This document shows, one piece after another, positions 1 through 12,700 of a DNA stretch of 64,000 bases. Origin of the DNA: Phaeosaccion multiseriatum (taxonomy: Eukaryota; Protista; Ochrophyta, other classes); assembly GCA_965112735.1 (NCBI GenBank), contig OZ218958.1, positions 372,001-436,000 on the forward strand, read 5' to 3'. The position numbers were made by a program, and so were the translations under genes. The notes under the pieces were generated by a model. It searched no databases and was not told the origin of the DNA. It worked only from the letters and a program-made list of their open reading frames with translations. Numbering within the stretch: the stretch's first letter is position 1; the number at the start of each line of letters is the position of its first letter.

Positions 1-29
1 AAGAGGCGAGCAGATCTTTCAGCAGGTAC

Positions 30-66
<37 letters not shown>

Positions 67-3000
67 GCGTGTGTGTACAATATGTGTGTGTCCTCTGTCG
101 GTCGGTTGCGGAGGTTGGACTGTGCTTTTTCTCTATCGCCGTCGCAGCGCGGCCGGGGAAGGAGTGAGTCATGCTCCAATTTCGTTTCGCAGAAGATACC
201 GCAACCCAGCCATAAGTACCCACATGTGCGGGGCTCTTTTTAATCTCCAATGGCTCTGCTGCTCTGCTGCTCTTTTGCTCTTTTGCTCTCGCTTCTCCCC
301 AAACCGTATCCAAACACGTGTACTTATATGTGTACTTACGTATGACAGGGGGCGCACACGGATGACATCATCTCCATGGCCATGCACCCCTCGGGGCGGA
401 TTGTCGCCACGGGAGAAGTCGGCAAAGCACCCAAGATTGTGCTGTGGGACACAGACACGTGCGAGAGTCTCGGCGTGCTGCAGGGCTTCCACAAGAGAGG
501 GGTGTGTCTGCTGGCCTTCAACGAGGCGGGCGATTACCTGGTCAGTATTGGGCTGGACGACTCCCACTCGATGGCGATTTATCATTGGCAGCAGCGCAGA
601 TTGGTCACTGTCTGTAGTACAGACAAAGGCAAGGTGCTCGGGCTTTGCTCTCTCCCCCCTCCTGGCCGTCTTGGAACGCCGCCAGCAAGGGGGAGGGGGC
701 CCAGCAGCGGCGCAAGCGCTACTAGCACAGGCCGCTTCGTGACGTGTGGTAAAAACCACATGAAGTTTTGGGACTTGTCCGGACAGAATCTCAAGTGTCA
801 AAAAGCGGTGTGGGGGAGGGGGAAGAGTAAGAGGGGGGCGACGAAACGAGCGTCCACCGGCGGAGGGAAAGGCTGCCATCGTCAGACGACTGTGGTGGTG
901 GTGTGCTTCATGGGCGAAGCATGGTCTGGCGGACTGGACGGGTCCCTGGTGGAGTGGAAAGGGCACCGCGCTGTGGGGCACGTGGATACAGAGAACATTC
1001 ATCGAGGCGTCACCATCAATGCCCTCAGCGCCACAGCCGACGGGGGCGAAGGGCCGTTCTTGGTGTCAGGAGACAAAGCCGGGCTGGTGGTGGTATGGCA
1101 GTATGGGGAGGAGCACGGCAGCGTGGTGCCAAAGTTTGTGGCTCACTCTCGCCAATTCTCGCCCTCTCCACCTCCGAGACCTGGGGCCCGCAGTGGGCAG
1201 CTTCGAAACGCAATCAGAGCGGTTCACCTGCGCAACGGATCCGTGCTCGTTGGCACGCAAGGAAGTGAGATTTACGAGATTCTCGTGGACAACATGGAGG
1301 AGTACCATGAACGCGCGGACTACTACCACTACCACGACGACGACATCGCAGAGGACGCAGAGCTGCCCTCCTCGTCCTCGTCCTCCTCCTCCTCCTCCTC
1401 CTCCTACTCGGGCCGGCCCTTCAAAGGTGGAGCAAGGGGAAGCATCGAAGCCCAGCAGATTATGGGGGGGCATTTCAAGGGCGAGGTGTGGGGCTTGGCG
1501 GTTCATCCCTCCACCAACGAGTTCGCCACCGCCGGAGACGACGCTACTGTTCGGCGATGGAGCCTGGGGAGTGGTGGTGGTGGTGGTGGAGGAGGAGGAG
1601 GGGGCGCTGGCTCTGTATCGCCAACTCGTGCTGCTAGTGCGGAGGCTGCTGCTGCTGCTACTGGTGGTGCCAGGACGGGGGCCTCTTCCTTTGGCTGGCC
1701 CAGTAGCAGGGGCGTGGGCAATACCATGGGGCAGCTTGCTTGTGTCTCGCTCCATACCAAGGCTCGTGCGGTCGCATACTCGGCCAATGGAGCGCACCTC
1801 GCTGTGGCTCTGAGCAGTGGAAACGTGCTCATCCTCCTGAGCTCCCTCGAGGGCGGTACAGAGGAGGGCCCTGACGGCGCCGTTCGGGAGTACCTGGACG
1901 GGGTGGTGGCACAGCTGAAGGAGCCCTCACAGTGGGCCCAAGAGCTCAAGTACTCGAAGGACGGCAGCACGCTTGCTGTGGGTAGTCACGACGGCAAGAT
2001 TTACATTTACGACGCTCGGATGGGCCAGGCCTACTACAAGCTTCGAGGGGTGTGCCGTGGCCACACGAGCTACATTACGCATCTCGACTTTGGGGTCAAA
2101 CCTCCTGTGTTGGTGTCCGCAGAGACGCCTCTAGAGGCTACGATGAAACCGGCGAAACCGTACGAGACGGAGGAGGGAGGGGTCGTCCGCAGCACCACCG
2201 ACGACGAGAATTTGTGGATGCAAAGCAATAGCGGGTCGTATGAACTTCTTTTTCACAACGTGTTCACCTGCCGACACGTGACAAGCGCCACGGAGCTGAG
2301 AGACGTTGAGTGGGAGACGTGGACTTGCACGCTGGGGTGGCCGGTACAAGGTGAGCGTGAGAGCGAATGGCAGCCAGCTGTGTGTGTGGTCGGTACTTTG
2401 TTCTCTCCATTCTGTGGTAGGGTGGAGTGGATGAGCGGGTGACAGAGGCATAGAGGTGTTTGATGGCGCAATCAACACCAGTCGTGTGGGCACCTCGCTA
2501 CCCACCCACAGTTTCAGTTTCAGTTTCAGTTTGTTAGCCCCTGCCCACCGGGGTGGCGGGTGGTGGTCGCTCCTGAGCACGCCCCGCGGGGGGAGACGGC
2601 AATACCCACCCACCCAAGCATTCCCACTCGCCCCTTTCTTCATCTTCCCCTTCACCCACCAGGCATCTGGCCCGCCAGTGCGGATGGCACAGACATCAAC
2701 GCGGTGGATCGGAGTCACTCTTACGAGGACGTGCCCGTGGTGGCGTGTGCTGACGACTTTGGCCGAGTGCGACTCTTCAACTACCCGTGCACAGAGGCCG
2801 GATCAGCGGACAAGAGCTACGTGGGGCACAGCAGTCACGTGACCAACGTTCGCTTCAGTCAGGACGACGCCTTCTTGATGAGCACGGGAGGAAACGACCG
2901 CTGTGTATTTGTGTGGCGCACGGACTGCCAGGAGGAAGCACGGGAGAGAAAGGCCGCGCTGGACCGATCCGGCACCACAAAACTGTCACTGTCGAGTGGG

Positions 3001-5307
3001 TGCGGGGCGGACTATTCCGCACAGGACGAGGCCTTCTCCGGCGGCGGCGGCGGCGGCGGCATCGGTACAGGGGCCATGGAAAGGAAGAGGGGCGGTAGGA
3101 GTGGAGAGGAGGGGGCACTCGAAGCGAACTCGAACCCGAACTCGAGCGCTCTGCTGGACAGCAGCGGCACAGCTGACGCGCTGCTGCTGCTCGGCCTGGA
3201 CGAAGAGCTTACACTGGGCAGTAGACAAGCTGCGGCGGAGGGGCGGGCCCTGGCTGTAGGCACGCGGGGCGGTGGGGATGAATTCATGGCGGTAAAGCCA
3301 TGGCTAGGGGCCATTCGAGAGCCCTCCCGCTGGAAGGAGTCGCCGGGGCAGAGCGACGCGCCGGCCGCAGAGCTGGCACTGCACTTTGTGCACGGCTATC
3401 AGGCCCAGGAGTGCCGAAACAATCTGTCGTTTGGGGACAACACCAACGAGGTGGTGTTCCATTCAGCAGGGGTGGGCGTGGTCCACGATGTCAAGCACCA
3501 CAAGCAGATGTTCAACACGCACCACGGGGATGACATTATCAGCCTGGCGGTGCACCCCCAGGGGCATACGGTGGCGACGGGGGCGCTAGGCAAGTCGCCC
3601 GAGATTGTGCTGTGGGACGCCAAGAGCGGTGCCACCTTGCAAGTGATTCGAGGCTTCCACAAGAGAGGCGTTACCCACTTGGCCTTCTCGGGCAGCGGTG
3701 CTCTGCTGGCTAGCGTGGGCCTGGACGATGACCACAGTGTCGCCGTGTACAGTGTGGAGGACGGGGTACTCATGGCTTCGGGGAAGGGGGACCGGAATAA
3801 GGTACTGTGTTTGGCCATGCGAGGTGAGAGGGAGTTGGTGACATGCGGCAGACGGCACGTCAAGTTTTGGGTCAACAAGTCGGGCAGCAACCGCATGGGG
3901 GAGATGCAGAGCAAGAAGGGGCTCTTCGGCAAGTTCAAGAGCCAGGCAGGCCAGCCGGGGAACACCACGGCGGTGTGCGCGGCCTATCTGGGGACAGATG
4001 TGGTGACGGGGCAGGCGGACGGTAGCCTCTACCTATGGAAGGGGCGCAATTGCAGCGGTGTGAGGTACGCACACAAGGGCGCCGTGAATGGCATGTACGC
4101 CTTCCGCCATGGAAAGCCTGGCCTCATCACAGGGGGGCGCGACGGCAAGGTGCTCCTCTGGGACGGCAGCCTCACCCAAACACACGTGATTGACCTCACG
4201 CTGGAGGCACCCGAGGTCCGCCCTACGCTTGCCGATGTGCGCAGTGTGTGCTTTATGCACGGCAAGGCGCTTGTGGGCACTCTGGGCAGTGAGGTGTACA
4301 TCATCGACGTGTCCGTCAAGAGCGTGGTGAAGCTGCTCGAGGGCCACAGCAGAGGCGAGCTATGGGGCTTGAGCACACACCCCACAGTGCAGCAGGTGGC
4401 CACTGTCGGGGACGAGGGCCTTGTGCGCGTGTGGGACGCCTTGTCGAGAGAGATGGTGCATCGCACAGATGTGCAGGGCAAGGCCCGAGCAGTGGCGTAC
4501 TCGCCCGACGGCCAGGCACTCGCAGTGGGGCTGTACAGCGGCCGCGTTATGGTGTGGTTGGAGGATCTCAGCGCGGTCAAGGCGGACGAGCCCGTGGCGA
4601 AGGATTGGATTGAGGCGCTGGCCTACAGCCCGGACGGCAAGACGCTCGCCGTTGGGAGTCACGACAACTGCATCTACCTCCTCGACACGGCGGCGTACCA
4701 TCGCCGCTCAGTGTGCCGCGGCCACAGTAGCTACATTACGCATCTGGACTGGAGCGTCGACTCCCGCCATCTCCAGAGTACTTGCGGGGCCTACGAGCTG
4801 CTCTTCTGGGATACGAGCACGGGCAGGCAGCTCAAGAGCGCGAGCGCTCTCCGCGACGTCAATTGGTCCACGTGGACCTGCACCTTCGGCTGGCCCGTCC
4901 AAGGTAAGCGGTGGTGGTGGCGGGGGTGGGAAACATGATGCATGCACACGACATTTATCCCCTGACATCCAGCCTCTAACAACCCCCCCGCTTCTAATTT
5001 CCACTGCCACTCCTAATGTTCGCTGTGAGCAGGTATTTGGCCCGACTTCTCCGACGGCACGGATGTCAACTCGGTAGCGCGGGCGTCTGGAGCGCAGGGT
5101 CTTCTCGCCACCGGCGACGACTTTGGCGAAGTGAAGTTGTTCAAGTACCCCTGTCCACACGCCAAGGCCAGGTTCAAGGCCTACAGGGCTCACTCCAGCC
5201 ACGTGAGCAGGGTCATGTTCTCGGTGGGGAACCGCTTCCTCTTTACCACGGGTGGAAACGACCGAGCGCTGCTGCAGTGGGTGGTGCAGAATCGACCCCT
5301 GACGTGA
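1..5307 (+). CDS. Echinoderm microtubule-associated protein-like (EML5/6-type) HELP-WD40 protein, 3' part; exons <1-25, 349-2350, 2663-4903, 5033-5307
   Basis: Repeated EML modules (HTDDIISMAMHP..ATGE, TWTCTLGWPVQGIW, DGTDINAVDRS, DDFGRVRLFNYP, GHSSHVTNVRF, L.FVHGY...CRNNL). GT-AG introns at 26-348, 2351-2662 and 4904-5032 join the ORFs in frame. Stop TGA at 5305-5307. Confidence 0.92.
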
Positions 5308-5319
5308 TTCTCAGCAGGG

Positions 5320-5437
5320 AGGGCGCCGAGAAGCACGAATCACGCCTGTAGTAGCGGTGCACAGAATCAGAATTTTAAGGCGCACCGCCCAGAAGCACGA
5401 ATCAAGCCTGTAGTGGTGCACAGAATCACGAATCACG
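5320..5437. repeat. Two tandem copies of a ~55-bp dispersed repeat (third copy at 7779-7836)
   Basis: Consensus aaggcgcaccgcc..gaagcacgaatcacgcctgtagcggtgcacagaatcacgaa; the first copy is more degenerate at its 5' end. Confidence 0.8.
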
Positions 5438-5815
5438 TCAGGGAGGAGGAGAAGGGAGAGGTGGAAGCTCTGTAAACACACACAAAAATGTAGTTACACA
5501 TTGTATCTTCGGTATCGACGTTACTTTTATGTACGTCTTGCATGGGATTGGGCCCTCCCTCCTCCCTCATTCTCCCTCCCCTCCCCATTCCCCTTCCCCT
5601 CCCCTCTGACTAGTTCAAGCTATGCCCCAACCTGTGAGCGCCGAGGTAAGAATGTTCGCACTCAGGAGAGGGGTTCTCTAAAGATTAGTACGTCAGGAAG
5701 TAAAAGGAAGGAGAAAAGAAAGAAGGACGTCTCGCCCTCTCTCCCCCTCCCTCTCCCTCTCTCCTGTCAGCCCCCCTCATCTCATGAAGACTTTGCTCCT
5801 TTCGCTCCCTGGCTG

Positions 5816-7274
5816 ATGGCGACAGGCAGGACGCCTGCACCAGCTCATTATAGCAAAAGGGGGACGGAATTTGGCCAGAGTCCAAGAGGCAGTGGGCGTA
5901 TTTGTGGCCTCGAGGGGGGGGCACCCGGGCTGTCTGGACGAGCCCCTCTTTAAGGAGGGGGGGATGAACGCCATGAGCATGGCTACACATGCGCAACGGG
6001 GCGATGTGATTTCATACCTGGTGCAAGAGGGGGCGTCTGTGTGCAAGCCCCCAAATAGCCGCAATGACTCCAGCGGCTCCACACCTCTGGGCATTGCGTG
6101 CTTTTTCGGCTTTACTGAGATTGCGCGTCTCCTGCTCAGCAAGGGGGCTCCCATCAACCAGGTGGACTTTGTCGGGCTTACGGCCCTGCACCGGGCCTGC
6201 GTGGGCCAGCACGAAGGAGTCATTGAGCTGCTGCTGGAGCCCGGGAGAGGTGCCGATGTGGCAAGGTGGAGCCGTCTGGCGCGACCTGTCTGCATATTGT
6301 GTCTGCACGCGACGGGGCGGGCTTGGACGCGCTGCTGCGAGCCGGCGCTGATGTGAATGCGGCAAATAACACCGGCGGTGGGCCGCTCCTCACGGCCAGC
6401 CAGCACAATCACGTCAAGGCGGTAGAGAAGCTTCTTTGTGCCCAAGGAGTTGCGTGTGGACCAGGCCGACTTGGAAGGAAACACCCCCCTTATTTTGGCG
6501 GCGATGGACGGCCATGGGGGCGTCCTTCGGCTGCTGCTTGCGGCCGGGGCAGAGGTAGACAAACCCAACCACAGGCGGCTCGTACCCCTGCACGTGGCCT
6601 GCGAAAAGGGCCACATGGCTGTGGTGAAGCAGCTCGTGCAGGCAGGTGCAAACCTCGAGTCCAGGAGCGCCGTGGGCGGCACCCCGCTGCACAAGGCCTC
6701 TGTCCACAACCACCACCTTGTGGTTCGCACGCTGCTCCGCGCTGGCGCCAAGCCCAACCCTGTGTCCTACCACGGCTTCACTCCGCTGCACGTGACGGCG
6801 CAGTACGGCCACGACCAGGTCACTCGGGAGCTTCTGCAGGGAGGAGCCGAGGTGGACGCTGTCGAGACGGGAAATAAGGAGCAGCAGCGCACTGCCCTCA
6901 TCATGGCCGCCCACCACGGCCACCCCGCCGTAGTGCGTCTCTTGCTTGCGGCAGGGGCGGACCCGGGGCTCAAGTCGCGCGACGGCTCGTCGCCTCTTGG
7001 TTTGGCCGCGTACGAGGGGCACTCCCAAGTGATGCATCAGCTGCTCTCGGCAGGAGCGCCGCTGGAAGAAGCTTTGGACGGCGCGAGGCAGGACTCGAGG
7101 CGGGACATTGTCTCCCGCCTGCTGGAAGAGTCTCGCCGCCACTTTGCGTCGCTCAGCGCGGCCGACGTGATGCACTTGTGTGACCCCGACTTTGGCAAGG
7201 AGAGGGCACAGCGACCCCAAGCCAGGGGCGTGCGTGTCGAGACCATGTCTGAAGTGGCCACCTCCATGGCTTGA
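5816..7274 (+). pseudogene. Ankyrin-repeat gene broken by several frameshifts
   Basis: ANK motifs (GSTPLGIAC, GLTALHRAC, GNTPLILAAMDGH, GFTPLHVTAQYGH) are spread over three overlapping frames. C-terminal DPDFGKE motif is shared with the ANK genes at 56-60 kb. Confidence 0.8.
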
Positions 7275-7778
7275 GGGCGGGGCGGGTCGCAGACACATCG
7301 AAAGGTCCGATTCGAAAGCCTTGTGGTGGTGGTGCATGGACGGACGGACGGACGGGCAGGGCAAGGGAGGGAGCGCGGCTGACAGGTACACTGGTGCTGT
7401 CGTGGTGGAACGGAATGCAGCAGCAGGGTGGCGGCATCATCCGTGGACTCTCTCCTGTGGGTCAGAGAGACTTGTCCTAGAGGCCATTTGTGAATGTATT
7501 GCGTCAGGCAGTCATGTTTCGGCCGCGGCCTCGACCCATCCTTCCCTACCCTTCGTCCTCCTCCTGCGGCTGCTCCTGTTGCTACGGCTGCTGCTGCTAT
7601 TGCTGTTGCTGATGCTACCAGCAGCAGCAGCAGGGCAGTGGTGGATGGTGAGCGCATGGATAAGGCGCCCGTCCTCACGCTAGCTACACACCCAGCCTCT
7701 CTCCCTACGAGCGCAGGGCAACGGGAAGAAGAAGACAAGCAAGCGGGCAGGAGGGAGACCGCTCATGTAGTTACTTCC

Positions 7779-7836
7779 AAGGCGCACCGCCTCGAAGCAC
7801 GAATCACGCCTGTAGCGGTGCACAGAATCACGAACT
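7779..7836. repeat. Copy of the ~55-bp repeat seen at 5320-5437
   Basis: Direct sequence match; internal GCACCGC/GCGGTGC inverted repeat. Confidence 0.8.
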
Positions 7837-7865
7837 AGCAATGACAACAACTACAACCACAACCA

Positions 7866-8154
7866 CAACCACAAAGGGGCACAGGCAATGCAGGGGGACA
7901 AGTCATCTCTGGCACCTCCGCTCGGCAGGCAGTGGTGGCTTTTCGGTACTTTACGTACATGCATATATGTGCATTCAAAATTCACATATACTACCAATGT
8001 ATCTCCTACAGGATACCGTTGCTGCCAAGGCTACTTCAAAATCCACACTCTCTGTGTGTGCTCCGTAGAGCCTTTTTACAAACCAACCCGTGTGTGCTGA
8101 ATGTACAAAATTCCATCTCTCATTCTCTCTCCAACCCGTGGGTGCGTACATTCC

Positions 8155-8191
<37 letters not shown>

Positions 8192-8890
8192 TTAGCTACT
8201 TCAAAAACCCTATTCTCCATGCTTGCGGTCCGTACAACTGTACCCCCGTCAAATGCATGTCCAACAATCCCCTCTCTCGTTCTCTCTCCAACCCGTGTGT
8301 GTGCGTGTGTGTGTACAGTCTGCCGTTGCTGCCAAAGTCTCCACCTCCTCTAGTCGGACTCAGAGGCATCATCGTCACTGCTCTCGCCGCACGCCTCACT
8401 GTCCAGCTTGGCCACCGCACCCCTCTCGAGCCCCACCTCACCGCGGCCGCTGCTGCTGCTACCTGGGCTCACACTGCTGCTGCTGCTGCTGCCCTGTCTC
8501 ATCTGCGTACACCTCAAGGACAAAGTCCCGAAGCAGTCTCTGTTCCTCCGTCCCCCCCCTACGCTGCTTGCTGCTTGATTCGCTCCTTGTACTGGGGGTT
8601 CCGCAGCACCTTCTTCACCATCTGCAGTGCCACAGTCTTGAACCGGTCAATGGAAGCAGTCTCTCGCGATGTAATGGCGTCTCCGTCATTGTACCTCGTC
8701 CACAAGGCCACCGTCACGTCTGGGAACAGCCCTCCCTGCCCTCTGTGGGACTGCTCCTGTCTCCGCTGTTTCCTGGCGGCCCGCTGGTCCTCAGACAGTG
8801 TGGCGTCGTCGTCATCCTCCAGATGCCACTTCGGCGGCAGAACTACTCGGCCTTGCCCGCCTGGGAGCTTGATTGTTCGTGCTGGAGGAA
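7866..8890 (-). pseudogene. Terminal exon and 3' flank of an unknown gene family (paralog at 26450-27310)
   Basis: Minus strand encodes GLFPDVTVALWTRYNDGDAITSRETASIDRFKTVALQMVKKVLRNPQYKERIKQQAA. The non-coding flank also matches 26450-26960. Confidence 0.65.
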
Positions 8891-9518
8891 GTGCAGCGAG
8901 GGAAGGTGGGTGTAAGAAAGAGAAGAGAAACCCGTGATTTTTTTGGAAATGGCGTGTCCGAATGCTCTTCCTGCCGGACCCGGAGAATTGCCGGAAGGTC
9001 GATGACCTGAGGCTTGCCGTCCTCGCCTATCCTCGTTGGTATCCCTCCCGTCCGACTCTGGGCTCCGAGCGCCACCATGGTCCCCTTCAAGTTGCCGAGG
9101 CAAGCCTCAGGTCATCGACCTTCCGGGTCCGGCAGGAAGAGCATCCGGACACGCCATTTTCCAAAAAAATCACGGGTTTCTCTTCTCTTTCTTACACCCA
9201 CCTTTCCCTCGCTCCACTTCCTCCAGCACGAACAGTCAAGCTCCCAGGCGGGCAAGGCCGAGTAGTTCTGCCCCCGAAGTGGCATCTGGAGGATGGCGAC
9301 GCCACACTGTCTGAGCAGCAGCGGGCCGCCAGGAAACAGCGGAGACAGGAGCAGTCCCACAGAGGGCAGGCAGGAGGGCTGTTCCCAGACGTGACGGTGG
9401 CCTTGTTGACGAGGTACAATGACGGAGAGAGACTGCTTCCATTGACCGGTTCAAGACTATGGCACTGCAGATGGTGAAGAACGTGCTACGGAATGACAAG
9501 TACAAGGAGCAAATGAAG
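8575..9518. repeat. Long imperfect inverted repeat, arms ~8575-9018 and ~9099-9518, ~80-bp spacer
   Basis: Reverse-complement match, e.g. gaaggtcgatgacctgaggcttgcc / ggcaagcctcaggtcatcgaccttc, extending >400 bp with small indels. Confidence 0.93.
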
Positions 9519-9789
9519 AGGGGGGGGAGGGAGAGGAGGAGGGAAAAAAAAAAAAAAAATGGGTCCTCGATTCTCGCGTGTTGGTGCTTCAAACGATCTT
9601 CAAACAGAGGTTGACAACGGCATTACGGGAAGCGAAGCGCGGATCCGTGGGGAGCTTTGAACAATACGCAGCACTTGAGCCATCTTCCCGCACCTCAACT
9701 TCTCCTCTACAGCCGCTGACTGCTTTCAACCATCATCGCTCTCAGTACCGGGCCCCCGCCTTTTTTCTTTCCCCCGAAGGGGAAGCACA

Positions 9790-12700
9790 ATGAAACGACG
9801 CTGTGAGGAGCGCCGGCAGCAAGGAGAGGCGGGAGAGGCGGGGAGGATGTTATCTCACAGTCCCCAGCAGGAGGGCGCCGCTGGTCCCTCTACTGCGTGC
9901 ACCCTCCAAGCTGGGGACAGCAGGAGCCAGACTGTAGCGGCCTGGGGTGTTCTCAATACCGTACTGCGGAGCAAGGAACTTTGGGTGTCAGCCGGGCCCT
10001 CGACGAGGTGACATCACGCACTCTCGTGCTGAATATCGCTGCACCCGCCCCTGTCCAACAGCATATGCTCGGTCTCCTCCGGTGGCAGCAGCGGGAAGAG
10101 AAGAAGCACACTGGTGCATCACCATCTCTAGCGGCAGAGGTGGGGGCCATTGGCAGCGGAGAGGGAGTGGGAGGCCTTGGGGGAGGCAAACCGAGACGCA
10201 CGTTCGGCGTTGCAGCTGTGCGCCTGGGCCCCAGCAGGAGCTACTTTCATGCTCTCGATCTGGCCTCCGCTGACGAAGCTCTGGTCACGAAGGCGTTGGC
10301 GCTATTACCGGCATCGGTCAAGCGTGTGTGTTTCTCGGACCATTTCAACCAAGCTAACATCGCCTTGCCAAGAACCGTGGAGGAGATGCAGATGGGGCGG
10401 GACTTCAACCTCCCTCTGGATCTCCCGGCTTCGCTGAAAAAGATCGCATTTGGCGAAAGGTTCAATCAGCACGTGGTCCTTCCTTGCGGTGTGGAGGAGG
10501 TGCAGATGGGGTGTTACTTCAACCTCCCTCTGGATCTCCCGGCTTCGCTGAAGAAGATCACATTTGGCGAAAGGTTCAATCAGCACGTGGTCCTTCCTTG
10601 CGGTGTGGAGGAGGTGCAGATGGGTAGGGACTTTAACCTCCCTCTGGATCTCCCCGCTTCGCTGAAGAAGATCAAGTTTATTGACTTCTCGAAGTTCAAT
10701 CAGCACGTGGTCCTTCCTTGCGGTGTGGAGAAGGTGAATACGGGGCATGACTTTAACCTCCCTTTGGCCCTACCTGCTTCGCTGAAGACGATCATATTTG
10801 GCGGAAGGTTCAATCAGCCCGTGGTCCTTCCTTGCGGTGTGGAGGAGGTGTGGATGTGGCGGGACTATAACCTCCCTCTGGATCTCCCGGCTTCGCTGAA
10901 GAAGATCACATTTAGCGGAAGGTTCAATCAGCACGTGGTCCTTCCTTGCGGTGTGGAGGAGGTGCAGATGGGCGGGACTTCAACCTCCCTCTGGATCTCC
11001 CGGCTTCGCTGAAGAAGATCACATTTGGCGAAAGGTTCAATCAGCACGTGGTCCTTCCTTGCGGTGTGGAGGAGGTGCAGATGGGTAGGGACTTTAACCT
11101 CCCTCTGGATCTCCCCGCTTCGCTGAAGAAGATCAAGTTTGATGACTTCTCGAAGTTCAATCAGCACGTGGTCCTTCCTTGCGGTGTGGAGGAGGTGGAC
11201 ATGGGGTATTATTTTAACCTCCCTTTGGAGCTGCCTGCCTCGCTGAAGAAGATCACATTTAGCGAAGACTTCAATCAGCACGTGGTCCTTCCTTGCGGTG
11301 TGGAGGAGGTGCAGATGGGGTTCGACTTCGACCTCCCTCTGGAGCTGCCTGCCTCGCTCAAGAAGATCACATTTGGCGGTTGCTTCGATCAGCACGTGGT
11401 CCTTCCTTGTGGTGTGGAGGAGGTGGACATGGGCGAGCACTTCAACCTCCCTCTGGATCTCCCTGCTTCGCTGAAGAAGATCAGATTTCGCGGACTGTTT
11501 AATCAGCACTTGGTCCTTCCTTGCGGTGTGGAGGAGGTGCAGATGGGGTATGACTTTAACGTCCCTCTGGATCTTCCCGTTTCGCTGAAGAAGATCAGAT
11601 TTGGCGATGGCTTCAATCAGCACGTGGTACTTCCTTGCGGTGTGGAGGAGGTGGATATGGGTAGGGACTTTAACCTCCCTTTGGAGCTGCCTGCCTCGCT
11701 GAAGAAGATCACATTTGGCTTTCGCTTCAACCTCCCTGTGGAGCTGCCTGCCTCGCTGAAGATGATCACATTTGGCGGTTGCTTCGATCAGCACGTGGTC
11801 CTTCCTTGTGGTGTGGAGGAGGTGGACATGGGCGAGCACTTCAACCTCCCTCTGGATCTCCCTGCTTCGCTGAAGAAGATCAGATTTCGCGGACTGTTTA
11901 ATCAGCACTTGGTCCTTCCTTGCGGTGTGGAGGAGGTGCAGATGGGGTATGACTTTAACGTCCCTCTGGATCTTCCCGCTTCGCTGAAGAAGATCAGATT
12001 TGGCGATGGCTTCAATCAGCACGTGGTACTTCCTTGCGGTGTGGAGGAGGTGGATATGGGTAGGGACTTTAACCTCCCTTTGGAGCTGCCTGCCTCGCTG
12101 AAGAAGATCACATTTGGCTTTCGCTTCAACCTCCCTGTGGAGCTGCCTGCCTCGCTGAAGATGATCACATTTGGCGGTTGCTTCGATCAGCACGTGGTCC
12201 TTCCTTGTGGTGTGGAGGAGGTGGACATGGGCGAGCACTTCAACCTCCCTCTGGATCTCCCTGCTTCGCTGAAGAAGATCAGATTTCGCGGACTGTTTAA
12301 TCAGCACTTGGTCCTTCCTTGCGGTGTGGAGGAGGTGCAGATGGGGTATGACTTTAACGTCCCTCTGGATCTTCCCGCTTCGCTGAAGAAGATCAGATTT
12401 GGCGATGGCTTCAATCAGCACGTGGTACTTCCTTGCGGTGTGGAGGAGGTGGATATGGGTAGGGACTTTAACCTCCCTCTGGATCTTCCCCCTTCACTGA
12501 AGAAGATCACATTTGGCGCAAGGTTCAATCAGCACGTGGTCCTTCCTTGCGGTGTGGACGAGGTGGAGATGGGTAGGGACTTTAACCTGCCTTTGGCCCT
12601 GCCTGCTTCGCTCCTGCTTCTCAAGCTTGGAAGGAACAACACCTGCCCCACGGAGAATCTACCTGCTCGCCTCATGGTGCTAACCGTTGGTGAGAACTAT

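Noticed and set aside
10928-12421. 497-aa antisense ORF over the FNIP array
   Set aside because: Shadow of a repeat that lacks stops in that frame; the same applies to antisense ORFs over the EML, ANK and mucin regions
10343-12610. FNIP array as a CRISPR array or a diversity-generating retroelement target
   Set aside because: Units are in-frame coding repeats. There is no reverse transcriptase or template repeat in the window, and the variable codons do not reduce to adenine-only mutation of one template.
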